Below are positions 60,140-64,000 of a stretch of 64,000 nucleotides of DNA, in pieces. Position 1 is the first letter of the stretch; each line of letters opens with the position of its first letter. This DNA comes from a virus, in IMG/VR virus record IMGVR_UViG_3300031834_000002, positions 1 to 64,000 of that record; one strand, 5' to 3'. A model generated the notes under the pieces. The model was not told where the DNA came from and made no database searches. It was given only the letters and a program-made list of their open reading frames with translations. Position numbers and translations under genes: made by a program.

Positions 60140-60778
60140 TTAAATCCATGTGTATCGAACTGTTAGACAAAAAGACTCCACACTCGGAGTAGAATAATTT
60201 ACAGGTATTACAATTTTAATATTAGCATAAAGATGTCCTGCCCCTGATAATGCTCCAGTTTCTTCATTTAATAATATAAATCTTCCAACACCACTTCCTG
60301 CAATTGCTGTTCCTGCCCAATCTGAAGGTGGAGTTGTAAATGTAGTAGCCACTGCTTTTACCATAGAATCTGCTGGAATTCCTTCTCCTAAAACTTTTTT
60401 ATCTGTAGTAGCATGAGTATCGTCGTCCCATACTTCTAATTGTGGTTCTTTAGCTGTAGGCCCATCAAAATAAAAATTAAAAACAAATTTTTTTCCTATA
60501 CCCATGCCATTAACTAAATGAGTATAATAAGCACCACCAAAATCTCCACTATAATCGAATACTAAACATTCTGGAACTTTTTTATCTGCATCATCATCTA
60601 TTATTACTCCATGTTCGTTTAATTCAGTCGGTGTAGGTTCATGGTCAAGATTATCTTCTAAATCCTCTGACCATATTAAATAATCATTTACCAAATCCAA
60701 TGTAATATAATTAGCAGGATTTGTAGTATAATTTTGGTCAGCATTAACCAAGTTTGCTCGTATTGTCAAATTTGTCAT
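60140..60778 (-). CDS. virion structural protein
   Basis: acidic beta-rich 212 aa protein in the tail operon; AGGAG RBS. Confidence 0.6.
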   Translation of the reverse strand: MTNLTIRANLVNADQNYTTNPANYITLDLVNDYLIWSEDLEDNLDHEPTPTELNEHGVIIDDDADKKVPECLVFDYSGDFGGAYYTHLVNGMGIGKKFVFNFYFDGPTAKEPQLEVWDDDTHATTDKKVLGEGIPADSMVKAVATTFTTPPSDWAGTAIAGSGVGRFILLNEETGALSGAGHLYANIKIVIPVNYSTPSVESFCLTVRYTWI

Positions 60779-60803
60779 ATTTATATCTCCTTTACTTTAA
60801 ATA

Positions 60804-61214
60804 TTAATAACTAACTACAAGAAAATTTATTGAATATTTCTGACTATCTGTTCTTAAACTCTCTTCGAATATAATTTCTTCAATTCTTCGAACGGATACT
60901 GCCCAATCTTGAATCCAACTTCCTGAAACTAAATGTTCCAATGTAAGAGTAGATAAGTTTCTATTTACTTTTGTTCTCATTGTATTCATAGCATTAATAA
61001 TTGCTACATAATCATCTCCTGTGATTACTCCTTTTATAGATATTTCATTACTCTTTTTTCCTGCTGGAATAATTATACTACCATCTCCTCTATTACCTGA
61101 AATAATTGTATCTTTACCGCCTGTTTCAGGGTCAGAAATAGAATATACTAAAGGAAGAATATATTCGTTCGACTGACCTTTTTGGAATATTACTCTTGCT
61201 ACATATGAAGACAT
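60804..61214 (-). CDS. distal-tail (Dit)-like protein
   Basis: immediately follows the tape measure gene; I.I.G and Y.I.F strands. Confidence 0.55.
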   Translation of the reverse strand: MSSYVARVIFQKGQSNEYILPLVYSISDPETGGKDTIISGNRGDGSIIIPAGKKSNEISIKGVITGDDYVAIINAMNTMRTKVNRNLSTLTLEHLVSGSWIQDWAVSVRRIEEIIFEESLRTDSQKYSINFLVVSY

Positions 61215-61235
61215 ATTATTTAACCTCCATAAATT

Positions 61236-63818
61236 TTATAAATAAGGTCTTAACACTTTACCTAATTTTTTCTGTAATTCGCTATTAGTTTCTAATTCCT
61301 GTTTTAACTTATTACTTGCAGATGTAGCAACATCATCCAAAGCATTAGCAGGTAGATTAATTTCTATCTTATCTATTTGTGTTCCTAAATCTACATTTTG
61401 TTGTATGGCTTGTTTAGTCATTGCAGTAGCATATCCTTCTACACCTACAAATCCCTTAGACATTCTTGACCATTCTTTGCCAAATATATCTAAAGCATCT
61501 GCTTGTCTTGTATTCCAAGTATCCCAAAATATTGATGCCTTTGGAGTTTCTATTGAAACTGTATCTGGAGAAAATACACTTTTAAATAAATCTGGAGAAA
61601 ATACACTTTTAAATAAATCTGGTATTCCTTCTATATTTATATTGGACATTGTAGGTAATTCAAACTCAAACATTTTTGCCATAACTGCATTAACTGCCTG
61701 TTGTCCTTTTTGAGAAAAATCAGAAAAATATTGTTCTATAATTCCTCTATCGAACATATTTTCTTCCCATTGACGAGCTAATTGTTCTACAGGTAATTGA
61801 CGAAGTTCCATCATTCGTTTTAAACGACCTCTTTCTACATTATCTGCCTCATAATAACGCCTAACAAGATTAGATTGAATTTCTAATTCTTTTCTTTTTT
61901 CGTTTTCTATAGAAATTACTCTTTGCAATCTTAAATCTTCCATTTCAGATAAAAATTGAGCATCTCCTATAGCTTGACGATTTGTTTCTAAAATTTTCAT
62001 TCTAACTGTCAAAATTTGGCTTTCCGATGCACCTGTTGTTTTTAATAAATCTAAAGAAGCTTTTTGGTATACATTAACTATTTCTTTTCTATATTCTAAT
62101 TGAGTTCTAATAAGTTCGTTTTCATTTTTTTGTTTTTCTAAAATATAATCTTGTTCTGTTAGACGAGATTTTATTGTTTCTAAAGATTGAAGTTTATATT
62201 TTGCTATATCTAATTCATTTGCTCCCATAATTTTTAAAATGGCAATATTATGAGTCATTTCTTCTCTTTCTATCTTTAAGCCACTTATTTTAAAATCACT
62301 TGCTTGTTTTTCCTTTATTGATAACTCTTCAAGAGTTTTTTTTCGCTCTGCTGTTATTTGTTGTCCTTTTGCTTGTTTAGCTAATTGTTCTTCTGCATAT
62401 TCTACAGGAGATTTTAATGATTCTACATATTTTAACTCTTTAAGAGACTTAACTGTATTTTCGATTGTAGTATTTAACATTATAAAAGGATTATTTGCTA
62501 ATGCAGGTAAATTAATTTTAGATAAAATATCCCAATATAACATTAATTTACCTAATGTATCTCCTAACCATCCAATCTGCATACCTAATCCTTGAATATT
62601 AGGACGTAATTCAATCATTGTTGTATTCATTAACTTTAATGCTTCTGCAAAATCGCTTACTCCATAAACTCCTGAAATAAAATCATTAGTTAATACCGCT
62701 AAAATATTTTGCATTTCTGCCATTTGAGCAGTAACGGTATTCATTTTTATATCTGCTATCTTTTTAGCAAATCCTTCGAAATTTTCAGATGCATCTTTTA
62801 ACGTTGCTTTAAATTCGTCATAATTTCCTAAAATAAGACGAAGTGGAACTCCGCCCTTAGAAGCCGAAATTAAACGAATAGCTTCAGATTGTGCTGTTGT
62901 TAATTTTGTAGTATCTGTCATTGTTTTTTGGATTTGACCTATAGTCTTTAAAAAATTCATTGGTTGATTTGGGTCAAAAGTAATACCAAAAATAGAAGCT
63001 AAGTCTTTAGCAGATTTAGTCATATTCATAATAGCTTGACCTGTTAAAGTTCCTGTCCTACCTGCCTTTAATAAATGAGTATTTAAAAATCCTAAAGTAG
63101 AAATTATATCTATAAAACTATCATCTAATCCTGCTAAATAAGGAGCTAATTTAGAATAACCTGCTATTAATTCTCCCATTTCTGCATCTTGTTTAGCATA
63201 AGTATATGTTAAAATATCTGCAATTTTTATCATTTTTTCTGATACGGATAAATTTTCTCCAATAGACTTGCCCATCGTATTATACATACCTGCTAAAGCT
63301 CTGGACGCTTCTTTTGCTCCAACGCTTGTTCCTGTCATTATATTAACTACTGGTTGAAATCCTGCCATTGTTTCTTCGGCAGTTAATGCAGATGTCTTTA
63401 AAAAATAAAAAGCCTCTGCTAAATCTTTTATACTTATTTTTGTAGTAAGAGAAGTATCGAGAATAGTTCGTTTAATTCCTATCATTTGAGCATTAATTTC
63501 GCTTGTAGTTCCTTGTATAACTGTCTGAATACGAGCCATACCTTCTTCTAAATCAAAATTAGCTTTAATCATCGCACTAATTACACTAAGTCCTAACATC
63601 ATTGCAGAACGGATTGCTAACCATATAGGAGCAACAATTAAAGCTCTTTGTCCTGCTTTAGCTAAAATATCCGAATAATCTTGTGTTTTTTTACCAGTTA
63701 AATTAACAGTTTGGGAGAATTTTTGAGTTTCTCCTTCCATTGATTTTAAACCAGTAATAACGACTTTATCTCCCTTTAATTGGGCTTGGATAGACAATAT
63801 ATATTCTTTACCATTCAT
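61236..63818 (-). CDS. tail tape measure protein
   Basis: 860 aa helical protein; TP901-like core (LAEAFY.L, IAD.L, EL..G....AP, G...GT). Confidence 0.88.
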   Translation of the reverse strand: MNGKEYILSIQAQLKGDKVVITGLKSMEGETQKFSQTVNLTGKKTQDYSDILAKAGQRALIVAPIWLAIRSAMMLGLSVISAMIKANFDLEEGMARIQTVIQGTTSEINAQMIGIKRTILDTSLTTKISIKDLAEAFYFLKTSALTAEETMAGFQPVVNIMTGTSVGAKEASRALAGMYNTMGKSIGENLSVSEKMIKIADILTYTYAKQDAEMGELIAGYSKLAPYLAGLDDSFIDIISTLGFLNTHLLKAGRTGTLTGQAIMNMTKSAKDLASIFGITFDPNQPMNFLKTIGQIQKTMTDTTKLTTAQSEAIRLISASKGGVPLRLILGNYDEFKATLKDASENFEGFAKKIADIKMNTVTAQMAEMQNILAVLTNDFISGVYGVSDFAEALKLMNTTMIELRPNIQGLGMQIGWLGDTLGKLMLYWDILSKINLPALANNPFIMLNTTIENTVKSLKELKYVESLKSPVEYAEEQLAKQAKGQQITAERKKTLEELSIKEKQASDFKISGLKIEREEMTHNIAILKIMGANELDIAKYKLQSLETIKSRLTEQDYILEKQKNENELIRTQLEYRKEIVNVYQKASLDLLKTTGASESQILTVRMKILETNRQAIGDAQFLSEMEDLRLQRVISIENEKRKELEIQSNLVRRYYEADNVERGRLKRMMELRQLPVEQLARQWEENMFDRGIIEQYFSDFSQKGQQAVNAVMAKMFEFELPTMSNINIEGIPDLFKSVFSPDLFKSVFSPDTVSIETPKASIFWDTWNTRQADALDIFGKEWSRMSKGFVGVEGYATAMTKQAIQQNVDLGTQIDKIEINLPANALDDVATSASNKLKQELETNSELQKKLGKVLRPYL
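61563..61622. repeat. perfect 27-bp tandem duplication in the tape measure gene
   Basis: ATCTGGAGAAAATACACTTTTAAATAA x2 plus ATCTGG; encodes PDLFKSVFS twice. Confidence 0.9.
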
Positions 63819-63821
63819 AAA

Positions 63822-64000
63822 TTATTTACCTCTTTTACGAAAAATTAATGAACCAAATTCATTTGCAGTATCTATTGATTGTTTAGTTGTCTTTGAAGAT
63901 TTTTTCTTATCTTTTAATTCTTTTCTAAGTAATAAATATGCTTCGGTTCTAATACTATCTTCTATGACTTCCTCGCTAATAAAATCTTCTCCTGAATTAA
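63822..64000 (-). CDS. partial ORF upstream of tape measure (likely tail assembly chaperone)
   Basis: open frame running off the window edge, ending ...IFRKRGK*; position. Confidence 0.5.
   Translation of the reverse strand, partial: NSGEDFISEEVIEDSIRTEAYLLLRKELKDKKKSSKTTKQSIDTANEFGSLIFRKRGK

Noticed and set aside
52757-61713. Plus-strand ORFs 52757-52963, 56304-56732 and 61405-61713
   Set aside because: They lie antisense within tail genes and are explained by the repeats and codon bias of the real genes.
1-64000. Stop-codon reassignment, common in AT-rich large phages
   Set aside because: PolB, primase, SbcC and tape measure are full length in code 11, coding density is high, and genes end in TAA, TGA and TAG.
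1-64000. tRNA genes, CRISPR array, reverse transcriptase/DGR
   Set aside because: No cloverleaf/T-loop in intergenic space, no regularly spaced repeats and no RT motifs seen by eye; tRNAscan and CRISPR finders would be needed to exclude them fully.

Overview
One continuous segment of a large, very AT-rich (roughly 25% GC by eye) dsDNA tailed bacteriophage, read in the standard genetic code. Sigma70-type promoters, AGGAGG ribosome-binding sites, RecA, bS21, a GGDEF protein and beta-signal-bearing membrane proteins point to a bacterial, probably diderm, host. Bases 1-51.5 kb lie on the + strand. They hold early small and effector-like genes (0.2-6.5 kb), then a collagen-like surface protein, a diguanylate cyclase, a membrane-anchored RuvB-like ATPase and a tyrosine recombinase (6.8-11.1 kb). 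Next come proteases, nucleotide-pool enzymes, an RNA ligase and transporters (12-23 kb), then replication and recombination genes (primase-helicase, RuvC-like, RecA, PolB, SbcCD) with bS21 (23.8-41.5 kb). The + strand ends in an 8 kb cluster of SDR, DUF2284, cytidylyltransferase, LicD proteins, GT2 glycosyltransferases (one with an intein) and a Maf/sialyltransferase-like protein. Bases 51.5-64 kb are a convergent minus-strand tail module ending in the tape measure gene. Six free-standing homing-type endonucleases are scattered throughout. The best candidates for new biology are the polyol-phosphate/glycan pathway next to the tail genes and the phage c-di-GMP synthase/adhesin/RuvB-like module. 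Also notable are a promoter regulon with a shared operator, 10-bp-periodic DNA patches hidden in coding sequence, and apparent GATC/GTAC/CTAG avoidance. All family calls come from motif recognition by eye, with no database searches. No tRNA, rRNA or CRISPR array was recognised.
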